From Octopus sinensis (Eukaryota), in contig NC_043009.1 of NCBI RefSeq assembly GCF_006345805.1, forward strand, positions 47,182,001 to 47,246,000: DNA of 64,000 nucleotides. The letters are read 5' to 3'. Within the stretch, counting starts at the first letter, position 1; each line of letters starts with the position of its first letter. Below, one piece after another: positions 12,598-25,861 of the stretch. Under the pieces are notes generated by a model. It was not told where the DNA came from and made no database searches. It was given only the letters and a program-made list of their open reading frames with translations. The position numbers and the translations under genes are program-made.

Positions 12598-12689
12598 GCG
12601 GTACACGTGTTTCAAGCTTTATACAACAACCTATTCTTACATCAATGTATAATCGACATAACAGATGGTTTAAAGCTCTCTTCAGCCGC
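12598..12689 (-). ncRNA. Candidate type I hammerhead ribozyme (Penelope/retrozyme type)
   Basis: Minus strand: GCGG-CUGAAGA-G AGCUUUA [49 nt] UAAAGCU U-GAAA-CACGUG-UA-CCGC. All three stems can be drawn. Confidence 0.65.
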
Positions 12690-14271
12690 ATGCAATTGCT
12701 ATACCAAAGACTTCCATCACATTATGAAAAAATCGAAAATGTACATTTGGTTTTATCTATAATGGAGAGTATGATTGATTGATTGATTGATTCTAGTTTC
12801 AGCTCATGAGCTGTGGCCATGCTGGGGCACCGCCATTATTGAGTTTCACTGAGAAAGCATGTTTGTAAATCTTCATAATCAAATAGATAAGTAGGGTAGC
12901 ATTGGACATCAAAAATCCGTCCATACTCTATCGTCAGTCAACATAGAGTGAATGTTGAGTAGATTCGAGTGGGTTCATTCCTCTTGTAAGGGAATAAAAT
13001 AAGAAGTGAAGATTGAGAAAAGGAAGAAATAGAATAAATAGAAAAAAAGAAATAGGGAGAGTATGGAGAGGAAAGAAAAGAGAAAAGAAAGAGAGAAAAA
13101 TGGGAAGAAAAAGAAGGGGAAGAGGAGGAAAAAATGGAGAAAAGGTACTAATGTTGGGATCCTACGTAAAAAATATAAATATAATTCATTTATATTTATA
13201 TTTAAATTTTCAGGTTTCAAATTATGTGTCTGTAAACTGCTTTTCTAACTTCTGTTGTATACATTTTTGGTATTTATGAAAGTGCTCTGTGCTATATTGC
13301 ATAACTACAGTACTCTTTAAAATGGTCCTTCGTAGAAATAAAATTTCATGGTTCAAATTGCTCGCCACCTTAGATCATAATGTTTGCTTTTATTTTGACT
13401 CCATTGCCTCAGTTTCTTACGATGTGTTAGCAATGTTACTCCTGACTCATACAGCAGGATATTTAGAGTCTCATATGTTTTTATAGCTCCGACTGAGAAC
13501 CTTTTAGAAAATTTCCTTTTATCTCATTTGCTACTCGCAGTTCTAGTCGGGAAAGCTATATTTATATATTTATCATGAATGGTTTATACTTAAGGCCACC
13601 TATATGTGTCCCTATTTCATCATATCTCCCATATGTTTTGCTTCTAAGATACTGTCTCAGCCTCCCTCTAATGAAGCAATCTCTTTACCTAACTTCAGTC
13701 GAACGAAGTATCAGTGACCACTAGCCACGAACCATCTTTTAGTTCAGTTCACGTCCAGGACTACTGAGTTACTATTCGAGTCCAGGAAATGTTTTGCTTG
13801 CTCTGAGCTTCAGATCTTTCTCAAAGAGCACTGCTACTGTATCCGACCCGACCAAAAGAAATGTATGCCTTGTAGTGGTCCACAAGAAGTGTTAAGGCAT
13901 TCGTTCTGATCTCGCTAATGGCTACTTTTATCTCTAGCTGAACGTAAGATCGTTTAGCGAATGTCTTTGCTTACAGGCCAACTCCAGGCCACTTCATTCG
14001 TGCAAACGACTGTTCTTATGGCCACATAAACGTAGAAAATTGAAAGTGGATAAGGTTACTTACGGCTGTCCTTTTGTTAAGTGGCTTCTCCAAGGAATCT
14101 CGACAAGTGTCTGCATACTTCCGGCGTTGTCCACGTCGAAACTCAGTCGGTCGCCATTTTTTTTAGAAGTTACTTAATAATTTCTTCCAAGTCATGTTTG
14201 CAATCCTTTAGTGTTTCCAACAGCGATACCATTCAGCCTTCGGTGAGCGGTATAGCCGAGGCGTAATCTGT

Positions 14272-14274
<3 letters not shown>

Positions 14275-14302
<28 letters not shown>

Positions 14303-14420
14303 CGTCGTCGTCGTCGTTGTTGTTGTTGTTGTTGTTGCTGCCGCCGCCGCCGTCGTCGCTGTTGTTGTTACTGCAGCCGCTGCTATTTTTGTGGTTGTTA
14401 TTGTTTTTGTTTTGTTATTT
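14275..14420. repeat. (GTT)n/(GTC)n/(GCC)n microsatellite
   Basis: Direct inspection. Confidence 0.9.
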
Positions 14421-14609
14421 TATGCGATAGTTATGGTTTATAGTTTTTTTTTCCTTTGTGCTTTTTTATCGTTGTGATTATTCTTTTGTTGTTGCTCTGA
14501 TTGTTGTTGTGTTAAGCAGCTCATTGTTGGGTTCTTTGGCATTTTCCTCCCACAACCTTTGCCACAACAACCTTTCGATTTTGTGGGTACGTTAACCGGT
14601 CTTGAATGT

Positions 14610-14761
14610 TCTGTCTCTCTGTCTCTCTCTCTTTCTCTCTCTCTCTGTCTCCGTCTCTCTGTTTCTGTCTCTCTGTTTCTCTCTCTCTGTCTCTGTCTCT
14701 CTATTTCTCTCTCTCTGTTTCTGTCTCTCTGTCTCTGTTTCTGTCTCTCTGTCTCTCTCTG

Positions 14762-14816
<55 letters not shown>
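14610..14816. repeat. (CT)n/(CTGT)n microsatellite
   Basis: Direct inspection; source of the spurious SL/ER-repeat ORFs. Confidence 0.95.
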
Positions 14817-14817
<1 letters not shown>

Positions 14818-15084
14818 AAGTCCATCATCCAGCATTTGTTAGACTTAGCCTCGTCACTTGTCGAAATTTTGAGGCAGGGCTCATACGCGCGCGCGCGCGC
14901 GTGTGTGTGTATGTGTATTTGTGTGCATGTATGTGTGCGTATTCGTCTCTCACATACATACATAGACACAAAGGAACCTTAGAGACAGGGAAGGCTCCTT
15001 TGTTTTGTTACTGTGAACTTTGAAATTGTGTTAATGTCGCAGTTACTTTTGTTGTTACGGCGATGTGGCTGCGGTGAATCTAGT

Positions 15085-15093
15085 GGTAGTAGC

Positions 15094-15162
<69 letters not shown>
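15085..15162. repeat. (AGT)n microsatellite, followed by a partial SINE C (about 15174-15276, minus)
   Basis: Direct inspection. Confidence 0.9.
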
Positions 15163-15163
<1 letters not shown>

Positions 15164-15349
15164 CATACATACAGTAAAGTCGACCTCGGTAGAATTTGAA
15201 CTCAGAATGTAATGAAGGACGAAATGTTGCTAAGCATTTTGCCCGGCTTGCTAACGACTCTCCCAGTTCACCGCCTTAATCTAGGGAATAGTCAGTATTC
15301 AGTTATAGGTGTTATAATTTATAATCAACAAAGGAATTCAAGTTTGCTC

Positions 15350-16046
15350 ATTTGAGTTGTTCTTGCTAGTTATCAATTAGGTACGAGACGTATAAGCATA
15401 GTTGTTTCGGTGCTGCTTCTTTGGCGTTGTTGATTCGACGCTGACTTATTTGACATAAGACGTTTTACTCTTTCTCTTGTTCCCTGCCTCCCTCTCCCTC
15501 TCACTATGTTTATGCATGTGAACATGTTTCTCTTTATGTGCATGAGGAGAGGGAATGTTTTTTTTATGTCAACCATGTTCGATTAATAAGTTGTAATGTC
15601 GTAATGCCACTCTATCTGTATGCGTATATTTCTGCGCATGTGTATGCTCAGCGCCACAAAGTACTGTCACTAAAACAGGCTGAATATCCCGTCAGTCGTG
15701 CCAAATCATCAGCGTCTAAACAGCTGCGCCATGTAATCTCATTCCGTTATTAATTGATCTCGGAACTTGAATAATAAACAAATTCTTCCATATCCTTTGA
15801 TATGAAGCATCAAATGATAAATAGCGACCACTTGACTGTTCATGAAACGGTCCTTCAGAGTAAAGATATTTCTCTTTTGAACAAAGAATTAAATTTGAGT
15901 TGTTCTTGCTAGTTATCAATTAGGTACGAGACGTATAAGCATAGTTGTTTCGGTGCTGCTTCTTTGGCGTTGTTGATTCGACGCTGACTTATTTGACATA
16001 AGACGTTTTACTCTTTCTCTTGTTCCCTGCCTCCCTCTCCCTCTCA
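15350..16046. repeat. 154-bp direct repeat pair (15350-15503 and 15893-16046)
   Basis: The two copies appear identical by eye, offset 543 bp; related diverged sequence at about 48340-48570. Confidence 0.9.
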
Positions 16047-16261
16047 AACAACAGCTATTTAAAAAATATTAACATAGCTTTGACATACTTTTTACTTTGT
16101 TTATGTACCTATATGATCTATGAGATGCAAGCTTATAGAAAATATTATTTTAGCCTTATTTAATTTATATATTGTGTGGCTAAAACTATTTTACAACTAT
16201 TTTTGATCCGGCTGAAAAAAGGAATAGCTTGGTTCGCATTTATAGTCACTATTATAAAGTT

Positions 16262-16565
16262 GGAGGCGCAATGGCCCAGTGATTAGGGGAGCGGATTCGC
16301 GGTCGTAGGATCGCGGTTTCGATTCCCAGACCGGTTATTGTGAGTGTTTATTGAGCGAAAACACCTAAAACCTCCACGATGCTCCGGCAGGGGGTGGGTG
16401 GCGATCCCTGCTGTACTCTTTCGCCACAACTTTCTCTCACTCTTTCTTCTTTTGGCCTGCTCGCTTAGCCAGCGGGGTGGCGTCATTTGAAGGTTAAAAC
16501 AATGCGAAGCGCATTGTGACCAGCGATGTGTAGCAGCATCTGATAGCCTGGTCGGTCACGGTGAT
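16262..16565 (+). mobile_element. SINE D, full length
   Basis: Head GGAGGCGCAATGGCCCAGTG; TSD ATTA(T/C)AAAGTT at 16251-16261 and 16564-16574. Confidence 0.88.
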
Positions 16566-17016
16566 TACAAAGTTAAATATACCTACGGCCCACACATCCC
16601 TTTTACTCCTTATTCATAGGATTTTCAAAATAAAATTCATATATATTATTTAAAATACTAGCTGTTAAAACTTATTATATAGGTTATTCTTATCTCCTGT
16701 TTTCCCGATTTGCTTTCTTTTATCCAATTGTTCATCAGTGAAATAATATGAAGACTTCTCAACTTTCAAGAATTAAGGTAGCAACTTACAAAAGGCTTTC
16801 GTAATCTTCAATAAGCTGAAGATTCTTTGTGTCTGGAAGTTCTTTTGTTGCAATATTACTAAATACTTCAACTGCTGAAGATATAGTAAAATGTGGAAAT
16901 ACAGCGTTGCTATAATCTGTTTTTTAAGTTCATGCGGAGTCGAAGAATTTCAAATCGAATAAAACTGGTGTCCTGAAAATCCGAGAAAAGTAAATGCAGT
17001 ATCTTTAAACATTTTA

Positions 17017-17398
17017 TACGAGCAAAACGCTCCCCCGTCCAATGGACGGTGCTGAGTTGTCAAACATTTAAACCAAATTTTCTCAAAACAACTTTTCCGA
17101 CCGTCCCATAAGCCTCCCCTTTGAGAAACACTGATTTAACCCAAATTTGAGACACCAGCAAAAGAAGAAATATAGACTTTTTTCTCTTCCAAGAAAAACG
17201 ATTTTACAAATGCACATTCCCACGGCTTTATCGATCGCATTCTCACCTGGAATCGATTTTTGTAATTTTTTCAAGACTTATGCACGCCCTGATACCATCA
17301 GTAACTACATATCAAATTTGAGCGCAATCGGATGGAGGATGCCCAAGATCCTAGAAGACACACACACAGACAGACAGAACGGATTTTATGTAATAGAT
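17017..17398 (+). mobile_element. Helitron/HINE-like non-autonomous element
   Basis: 5' hairpin CCGTCC-AAT-GGACGG, subterminal ACAC/ACAG microsatellite and 3' end ...TAATAGAT; same architecture as 21490 and 49127. Confidence 0.55.
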
Positions 17399-17413
17399 TA
17401 TATATATATATAT

Positions 17414-17448
<35 letters not shown>

Positions 17449-17743
17449 ATTAGTATACATATATATAGATACACACATAACGAACATTAAGTTACCAGGA
17501 GAGAATATAACGTATTTTCTGCTAAGGTTATCATATGTAAAATATGATGTAATAAGTGTTATATTTTAATATTTTAAATTTTACTCGTTGCTCTTACACA
17601 CAGAAACAATATTTATGTTCTAACTGACGAGTCAAGAGCTATAGAACATTGTATAATTATGTTTTATTTTCTCTGATTTTAAATAAAATTATATCTTCAG
17701 TAAACATTCTTATCAAATATATAACTTTTATCTTTTGTTGCAG

Positions 17744-17859
17744 CTTTAGATTCTCAAAATGTGATGGTTAAGAGTGAGGTATTTGAACTGCTGTCTGTCC
17801 TGTGTATTTATTGTCCGGAGGGATATGAAAGTACTCTGAATGCTATAGATATGATGAAG
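17744..17859 (+). CDS. INF2: INF2-like formin, exon 2 (DID)
   Basis: TTGCAG|CT...AAG|GTAATA, 116 nt, phase 1 to 0. Reads (T)[38 protein letters not shown], close to INF2 [26 protein letters not shown]. Not in the ORF track. Confidence 0.93.
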
Positions 17860-18285
17860 GTAATATTTCATTTTATTATTCATTATATTTAAAAACAAAA
17901 CACTTTCGCATGATTTATGTTCTCAATTTTACCTTCTAAAGTCAGCAAAATAAAAGCATACGTAGACCTTTCCTTAGCATTCTCTTTCTGAACAAAACCC
18001 TTTCATGTTTTATAATCAGTTAAATTGTCAAATTTAAAGGTGTTGAAAATGCTTTTTTTAAACACTGCTATAAAAATATCAATTTTTAGAAATTATGACT
18101 AAGTACCATCTTCTCTAACATGCAAGTTGACATTTTCAAACAAAAATATATAACACCCTCACACCACCACCACCACCACAAACAAAGAAAAAAGGTAGGT
18201 CGACTTGTACACCAAAACAACTTTAAAAGATGAAAAACAATTCCTTGTGAAATTCATCAGGATTTTAAAAGATAGTGACGATAGT

Positions 18286-18668
18286 GGCGCAGGAGTGGCT
18301 GTGTGGTAAGTAGCTTGCTTACCAACCACATGGTTCCGGGTTCAGACCCACGGCGTGGCATCTTGGACAAGTGTCTTCTGCTATAGCCCCGGGCCGACCA
18401 AAGCCTTGTGAGTGGACTTGGTAGACGGAAACTGAAAGAAGCCTGTCGTATATATATCTATATGTATGTATGTGTGTGTCTGTGTTTGTCCCCCTAGCAT
18501 TGACAACCGATGCTGGTGGGTTTACGTACCCGTCACTTAGCGGTTCGGCAAAAGAGACTGATAGAATAAGTACTGGGCTTACAAAGAATAAGTCCCGGGG
18601 TCGATTTGCTCGACTAAAGGCGGTGCTCCAGTATGGCCGTAGTCAAATGACTGAAACAAGTAAAAGAA
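18286..18668 (+). mobile_element. SINE B, full length
   Basis: GGCGCAGGAGTGGCTGTGTGGTAAG head through GAAACAAGTAAAAG. Confidence 0.9.
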
Positions 18669-19339
18669 AGAAAAGAAAAGAAAAGAAGAATGTTTGAATG
18701 TTTACATATTTACACTATATACAACTTGGACTAGTATGCCAGAAAATACAATGCCTAAATTTCATTGACTAGGCAGGAATCTTCTACTGGATGGTCTATC
18801 GCAAGTTTTCGTAGCCTATTAATCAAGACTGGATAAAAAGAGGGTGATAAACACGTTTTTCAAGATGATCAGTCATTAAACGTGCGTTATAATTAAAGCT
18901 TTATATACGTGCGTATGTGTGTGTATGTATGCATATGTATGTATATACATACATGTGTGTGTATATACATATATGTGTGTGTATATACATATGTATGTGT
19001 GTGTACATACATATGTATGTGTGTGTGTAATGTGTGGGTAATATTCCTATGTATCTATATATACACACACACATTTATATTTAAAAAATTATATATATAT
19101 ATATATGTGTGTGTGTGTGCGCGTGTGTTGAATTCCCGACATACCAAGATATCTCTTGTGACATACCAAACGGGTTCTCTATCTAACGCCCAAATTATTG
19201 GTATGAAATTTAAGAAGGCCAAGAAACGTCACTCTTAATTTTGTAATCAACTTGTAGAATCCAGATTGTATGTTTTAGGAAAGATTTTTGTTACTCATCG
19301 AATGTATTAGAAAAAATGGGACACTTTCTGTGGGAGTCA

Positions 19340-19970
19340 CCAGGTACGATTGTTTTGGAATTTTGTACATAAATGTTTTACATGCATATTACGAAAATCA
19401 TATTCACGTTTTTGGAGAAATTAATTATTAAACGGTTATGAACCTTTAAAAATTAAAATTTTTAGTAATTTTACTCACTCAGAAGCCTCCCTTATGGGCA
19501 TACCGGAAATCGTCATAGCCATGAATTGATAATCTTATGGGTATGGTTGGGGTTTAAGGTTAGAATTTAGGGTTTAGAGTTAAGGTTTGTAGTGCATTGC
19601 AAACGTTTATTATAAACATTAGTTTTTTCTTTCATTTCATAATAGTTCATATCTTTTCATCTCTAAAGAATTACTGCAATAAAATTTTCATCTTTAACTG
19701 TTTCATTAATGTTTTCATTTTCTTTCATTAAATTCTTTTCATATATAAACATTAAAAAAGTAAACAAAACATGGCAATTTCAATTTCAATTTCCGTTATG
19801 TCAACAATGGAGGCTTCTGAATGGGTAAAACCATCAAAGAATTTGATTCTTTAAATGTCCGTAACTTTTTATTATTATTATTATTAATGTCTCCAAAAAC
19901 ATGAAACTACCTTTTTTTAATGGGCATGCAAAGCTACAAACCATGTAGAAAATTTCAGAAACATTTGGCA
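19340..19970. repeat. Old MITE/foldback-like element with diverged inverted arms (about 19340-19510 and 19785-19970)
   Basis: CTCAGAAGCCTCC versus GGAGGCTTCTGAA and TTTTTGGAGA versus TCTCCAAAAA are inverted matches. Confidence 0.55.
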
Positions 19971-20229
19971 CAGGAACTCTAACGGAATAGAGCCGACAAA
20001 AGCATATATGGTGGGAATATAGTTTATGCTTTATACATATGTATATATATAAATATATATATGTTTTTATGTTCAGTTATAATGAAAATAAATCTACACG
20101 AATCTGGAGGGTGACTCCATATTTTGGTAGAGTACAAATTTATTATTCTTAAAAAGAGAATATTATTGACAATGACTTCAAAGTTTCGGTCAACTAAGCC
20201 ATCGTTGGATATATATATATATATACACA

Positions 20230-20370
20230 CATACCCAGGCATATTCCCCATTTTTTAGGAGTGGGTAGCCAAAACAAGACACACACTACGCATACGCATT
20301 CCATTCATTTTCCAGCTCAAAGAGGTGAGCCCCGTTCTATGCTCGGATCAAGGTATAGAACGCAACCCCC
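20230..20370 (-). mobile_element. 3' UTR fragment of the same RTE family as 10135-12480
   Basis: Reverse complement of 12366-12470 (GCATAGAACGGGGCTCACCTCTTTGAGC...GGCTACCCACTCC). Confidence 0.85.
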
Positions 20371-20427
20371 AATAATCCTAAAAGACAAGGGGTGGGATAA
20401 GGCTAACACCTAATCTCACCCTAGTAC

Positions 20428-20478
<51 letters not shown>

Positions 20479-21146
20479 CTGTATATTTTGTTATACACCA
20501 CTGGTTAAACGAGCTTCCTCTCATTGTTGTAGCTGTCGAATGATAGCACCCTCTGCTGGCTAGGTGGGTAGGCCAATATTCTTCCTTGAACGGACGCCAG
20601 TTTGTCGCAGGGTTAGCCATTTACAGCTGAGTGAAATGAAGCGATTTGCTCAAGAACACAAAGCACCGCCGGTCTGGGAACCAGAACCACTATCTTGCGA
20701 TTGTAGACGCTATACCCTAACAACCAGGCCACGTCCCATTACACAATGACACATACACACGCACATACATACATACATACATACATACATACATACATAC
20801 ATACATACATGTACGTATGTATAATGTACTATTCCTTGATGGTAAGATCAACAACAAAAGTACTCCATCTGGTGAGAAATAGCTATTATTTAATAGACAC
20901 AACACATGCTTTTATGTACTACTAATAGTTTCTTATGCTGAGAACATGCCAAATAATGAATTACAAAATGTGTGGCATCCCAACACAGTCATCAGGCACA
21001 AACCACATAGCGCAACGTTTCTTCTATCATTCCATTTTTAGTTCGTTATAATTTGTGGTTTGTGCCTTATGACTGTAATCGTATGTTACACATGTTATAA
21101 ATCAGTCTTTAGCTTGTTCTCAGCATAAAAAAACATGTACTGTGCC

Positions 21147-21228
<82 letters not shown>

Positions 21229-21489
21229 GAGTCAATTAAGAGGTATAATCTAAAGACGTAATCCTGTTCTTTTCACTATAATATAATGGCAGTGTACTTA
21301 TGATGAGATATTTATTCTCCTTTATTGTATATGTCTGAATGAAAAGTATCATGATATCTATTAAGGTGAGTATTAAAGAATTTCGTTTTCATTTAATTCT
21401 AACCATTATTTCAAAAAAATTGAACATTGCAATATCGCGCCACTTGTTAAATGTTTCTGCAATAAACATTACCTTATATATATATATAT

Positions 21490-21791
21490 ACTAACAGTAT
21501 CGCCCGGCGTTGCTCGGGTTTGTAAGGGAAATAACTATATGAGCATTTTAGAGAGTTATTTCCCTTATATAAAACCGAGCGAAAAATGGATTAAAAATGC
21601 GGAAAAATGATGGTAATTTTTTTTTTAATCGTAGACTCATCGTAGACGCGCGTTAATACCCAGAAGGGCTCGATATGAATCTCGACTATAAGATACCCGC
21701 TTTTGGTCAAAATGCACCGCAAAATGTGGGAGTAGTTAGGAATCTAAATCGGAGTAGACAGACCCACACACAACTACAGTTTTATATATAA
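21490..21791 (+). mobile_element. Helitron/HINE-like non-autonomous element inserted in a TA run
   Basis: Starts ACTAACAGTATCGCCCGGCGTTGCTCGGG (hairpin) and ends ACAGAC...TTTATATATA, resembling Lep1/DINE-type termini. Confidence 0.6.
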
Positions 21792-22389
21792 AAATATATA
21801 TATTTTAAGGCATTAATAGTTTGATGATAAACAAGGATTTCCGACGAAATGTCAATGATGAATGTGTTTTAGATATTGTTAAATTGGCTTAGATATTTAG
21901 GTTTGTCAAAGGCAAACTTCTTAATTAAATTTAAATCATAACTGGCAAAAAGATTCATTATTCTGTTCTAAGTCATTTATCGTTTGGTGGTAAACAAGGG
22001 ATTTCGAATTGCTAATAATCAAAGAGTTAGAGATAGTGATAGAACCGAGGAAACCATGTTTCCATTGCTATTTTCATAATGCTGCTGCTATCTGTCGGTC
22101 GGTCGTGGTTCCTGATAGAGAACTCGTCCCGCGTCCCCGAGAAAAATATCTAGAGGTGTCACAAGTATTTTTCTTCGTTTTTTTTTTTTCGGGGTGACAG
22201 GGCGAGATTTGATCCCAGAATTCCTCGACCCGAAACAAATAACACAATGCATCCCATTCTCCGGTCTAACGATCCATCAGTTTGTCGCCCTCGATGGATC
22301 CTTAAAAGATGAAAAGAGAATTTGAACTCAGATACAATGAGACGTTCTATCAAACCACTCTAACAACCCTGCCACTAAACAATTTTTCA

Positions 22390-23006
22390 TATTTGGGGAC
22401 AACGCCAGTAATTTTGGGTGGAGTGGGGTGGCGTAAGCCCATTACATCGACCCCAGTGCTCAATTGGTACGCCAAAAGGATGAAAGGCAAAGTCGATCTC
22501 GGTGGAATTTGAACTCAAAACACAATGAAAGACGAAATGCTGCTAAACATTTTGCCCGACGTTCTAATGATTCAGCTAGTTCGCCGTCTTAAGCCGTCCC
22601 AAATATTGATTTCAAATTTTGGTACAAGCCCAGTAAGTTCGGAAGAGTGAGGGAGTCGATTACATCGACCCCACCAGTGTTTAACTGGTGCTTATTTTAT
22701 CGTCTTCGAAAGGATGAAAGGCGATGTCGACCTCGACGGAACTTGAACTTACAACGTAAAGACAGACTAAATGCCTATTTCTTTATTACCCACAAGGGGC
22801 TAAACATAGAGGGGACAAACAAGGACAAACAAACAGATTAAGTCGATTATATCGGCCCCACTGCGTAACTGGTACTTATTTAATCGACCTCGAAAGGATG
22901 AAAGCAAAGTCGACCTCGGCGGAATTTGAACTCAGTACGTAGCGGCAGACGAAATACTGCTAAGCATATCGCCCGGCGTGCTAACGATTCTGCCAGCTCG
23001 CCACCT
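22390..23006 (-). mobile_element. SINE array C2 - partial C2 - C
   Basis: Three successive GTCGA(T/C)CTCG...AATTTGAACT blocks; duplicated flank TTAAGCC..AAATATT at about 22589 and 23007. Confidence 0.85.
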
Positions 23007-23077
23007 TAAGCCATCTGAAATATTAATTAACCTTTTTCTAAAGTTTGTCAATGACTAACATTTTCGTTGAATATTAG

Positions 23078-23270
23078 GCTTTCTCCGTCCGGGTTGCGGA
23101 ACCGTGGAACAAGCTGCCGGACGAGATACTGAAGATGCCGACGACCGCTCGGTTCAAAGTCTCTCTTGACCAGAAATGGCCTGAACTCTTTGCATGAACA
23201 CCCTCCCTGTACATAACTCCATGTCCCCCTACATGACCTTGCTTTTTGCTTTTTGAGCCAAAATTAACTT
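23078..23270 (+). mobile_element. CR1-like LINE 3' terminal fragment
   Basis: Open frame AFSVRVAEPWNKLPDEILKMPTTARFKVSLDQKWPELFA*, matching the CR1 ORF2 C-terminal F(S)xRVxxxWNxLP...FKxxLD motif. Confidence 0.8.
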
Positions 23271-23564
23271 AAGTGAGAGCAGAGATTGAATTATGAATTG
23301 TTCGAGGTGGGTGAAGGTGGGGTGAGACTTATTTATCTGAGATATGATATCAGAAGAATATTGACCAAACAAACGAGAATATCGTCCCTTATATATATAA
23401 GACACACAAACAGAAGTAAGCTGCCTATTTTATTACAGCTGTTTGAACAATGGAGTGGCATGGAAAAGTGATAATTACTTGTGAATATCTATTTCTTTCT
23501 ATTTCTTTCTAAAGTCTGGAGTGCATGCTTGCTGTTTATTTTCAAATGTGTTGTTAACGTCTGT

Positions 23565-23566
<2 letters not shown>

Positions 23567-23611
<45 letters not shown>

Positions 23612-24090
23612 TCAACGCATGTAAATATATATTTGTATATACATATAAATATAAACGTACATATTTAGATATATCTGTTTGTCTATCTATCTGTTTATCT
23701 ATTTATCTCTACATACATACATGCATACATGCATACATACATACATACACACATACATGCATACATACATACACATACACGTACATACACACATACACAC
23801 ATACATACATACACACATACATACATACATACATACATACACACATACATACATACATACATACACACATACATACATACACACATACATACATACATAC
23901 ATACATACATACATACATACATACATACATACATACATACGTAAATAATCTATCTCGAGTTAAATTATTTCAAGTCTCTCGAAATTTCCAAATTCTAAGA
24001 TATATATATATATACACACACACATACACACACATACATACATACATACATACATACATACATACATACATACATACATACATACATACA

Positions 24091-24120
<30 letters not shown>
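23567..24120. repeat. Long (CATA)n/(CA)n microsatellite complex
   Basis: Direct inspection; source of the HTYI/MYVC ORFs. Confidence 0.95.
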
Positions 24121-24123
<3 letters not shown>

Positions 24124-24267
24124 TATATTAAATTAGAGATAAAACCACTATTAGGAAAATCATACAATGAAAAACTTAAGCCAATACATAAGATTAATTA
24201 ATTTATATTATTTTAAATATATATCAAAATTATTAAAAAAAGATAATTAGTATAACACTACGATCGT

Positions 24268-24324
<57 letters not shown>

Positions 24325-24599
24325 TATATATATATATAGTTAATCCAAACATAAAAGCACAAAAAACACAACAACGCGAGGACGTAGAACAAATATAGTA
24401 ATATATATATGTATACTGGAATTTAGAATTTATAAATTTTACGTTAGTCAAAGCAAACCGTACGACGAGGCTGGAGAAAGCACAAACAAGTTTGTTAGTT
24501 ATACCAACAAAGGAAACATCGCTCAGGATGTGACACAAACTAACGTCACGAAACTAGAGGTTGCCATTATTATTTGCTTTAACGATATAATCAGACCGA

Positions 24600-25000
24600 T
24601 GTCGACTGTTTATGATGATGTTATTTAATTAACATGGATTAACATGGTACTAGATATACATTGTAACCTGATATCTAACTGTTAGTCGAAAATATTTTTA
24701 TATTTACTTTGAACAAATATTACACCCATTTGATGAACTGGTATTTACTGGTGTTGCTACTTCAAACATGAAATGTTTCGTTGTTCTTCAATTCTGTTGG
24801 TAAATTATCCAGAATCTTCTATAAATATATCTATCTTTTTAATTCCGATTATATGGCACTTATTGGTGAATCTACTGCATCTATGCATCCACAATGAGAA
24901 TGGCAATGGTTTGTTAGCATCACTACAATTATAAAACAGGTTTCGAATATGATTGTTGCTAGGAGTGAGCCCAGGAAGGAAGAGCAGTCAAGTTTTTATC
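24600..25000 (-). mobile_element. Highly degraded Penelope-like RT remnant
   Basis: Minus-strand pieces SSFLGSLLATIIFE (GSPL..LANI), SLWMHR (W.RYVDD region) and FTNRIEEQRNIS (FT.E.E..IPFL). Confidence 0.45.
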
Positions 25001-25861
25001 TTGCGTTCAAATTTCGTAAACAAAATATAATTAAACCTATTTGAAAGAAAAAAATAACAATGAAAATATTGGGTTTGAATATAAAATATGACCAAGTTTT
25101 TCTTGTATTAAAATAATCGGCAACATTAGCAGCAGGAGTGGTAGTAATAGTGTAACTACATCATTACATTAATATTTATGATGATGATGACATCAGAAAC
25201 GAAACACAGAATTTGACACATCAACAAAAACAATCTTAGAAAAACGTTTTTTAAAAAGGTCAGTACAAACCAATCATGGGCATCTCATCCTCCAGTCACT
25301 TAAAACAGTCAAATGGTTCCCGTAGGAGTTTTAAACCAACTTTTCCAAATCTTTTCGTGGGAGCTAGTCGGAAGATGATGGACGGACAGACGTCCAGTTT
25401 TCGATTTCACATTAAGAAACAATCCATTGAAAAATCTTGTTTTAAAAATGATATTGAAAATCTACTGGAAAGTTCTCTGGAAATCTATCAGGTAGGTCTC
25501 TTCGATTTCCTCCGTTCTCATAAACAAATGAGTTATATGTGTGTTCGTTTGAGTTTTTCATCACACTAAGTTACTAAACACGATACACATTTATTGGAGA
25601 TTATTTTGTATGAACTCTTTTCAAATTTTGGACTTTGACCACACCAACTTCCATTAGAGCCAGTCGCGATCTTTTATTTGTCACGTGTTCACGTGCTTTG
25701 TAATTCTACGCATCACGAGGAAATGTATCTGTCAACAAGTAAATATTTACTTTGCCGGATGACAAATATTAGAATCTTCACCGATAACAATTTGCAAGAA
25801 TATGTAACTGTGATAGTTTTAATTTACATCCTCAATGCTCCCGATGAGGACATACTACATA

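Noticed and set aside
15353-16046. TRIM/LTR retrotransposon call for the 154-bp repeats
   Set aside because: No TSD, primer-binding site or polypurine tract could be identified; kept only as a direct repeat.
17612-17650. ATGTTCTA-ACTGACGAGTC...TAGAACAT as a hammerhead
   Set aside because: Has CUGACGA and a closing stem but no GAAA or stem III; at best an unrecognisable fossil.
23521-24201. 226-aa and overlapping HTYI/MYVC ORFs, and similar YI, VC, SL, ER and poly-V/M ORFs elsewhere
   Set aside because: Translations of (CATA)n, (TA)n, (CT)n, (GT)n and (GGT)n microsatellites, with no coding signal.
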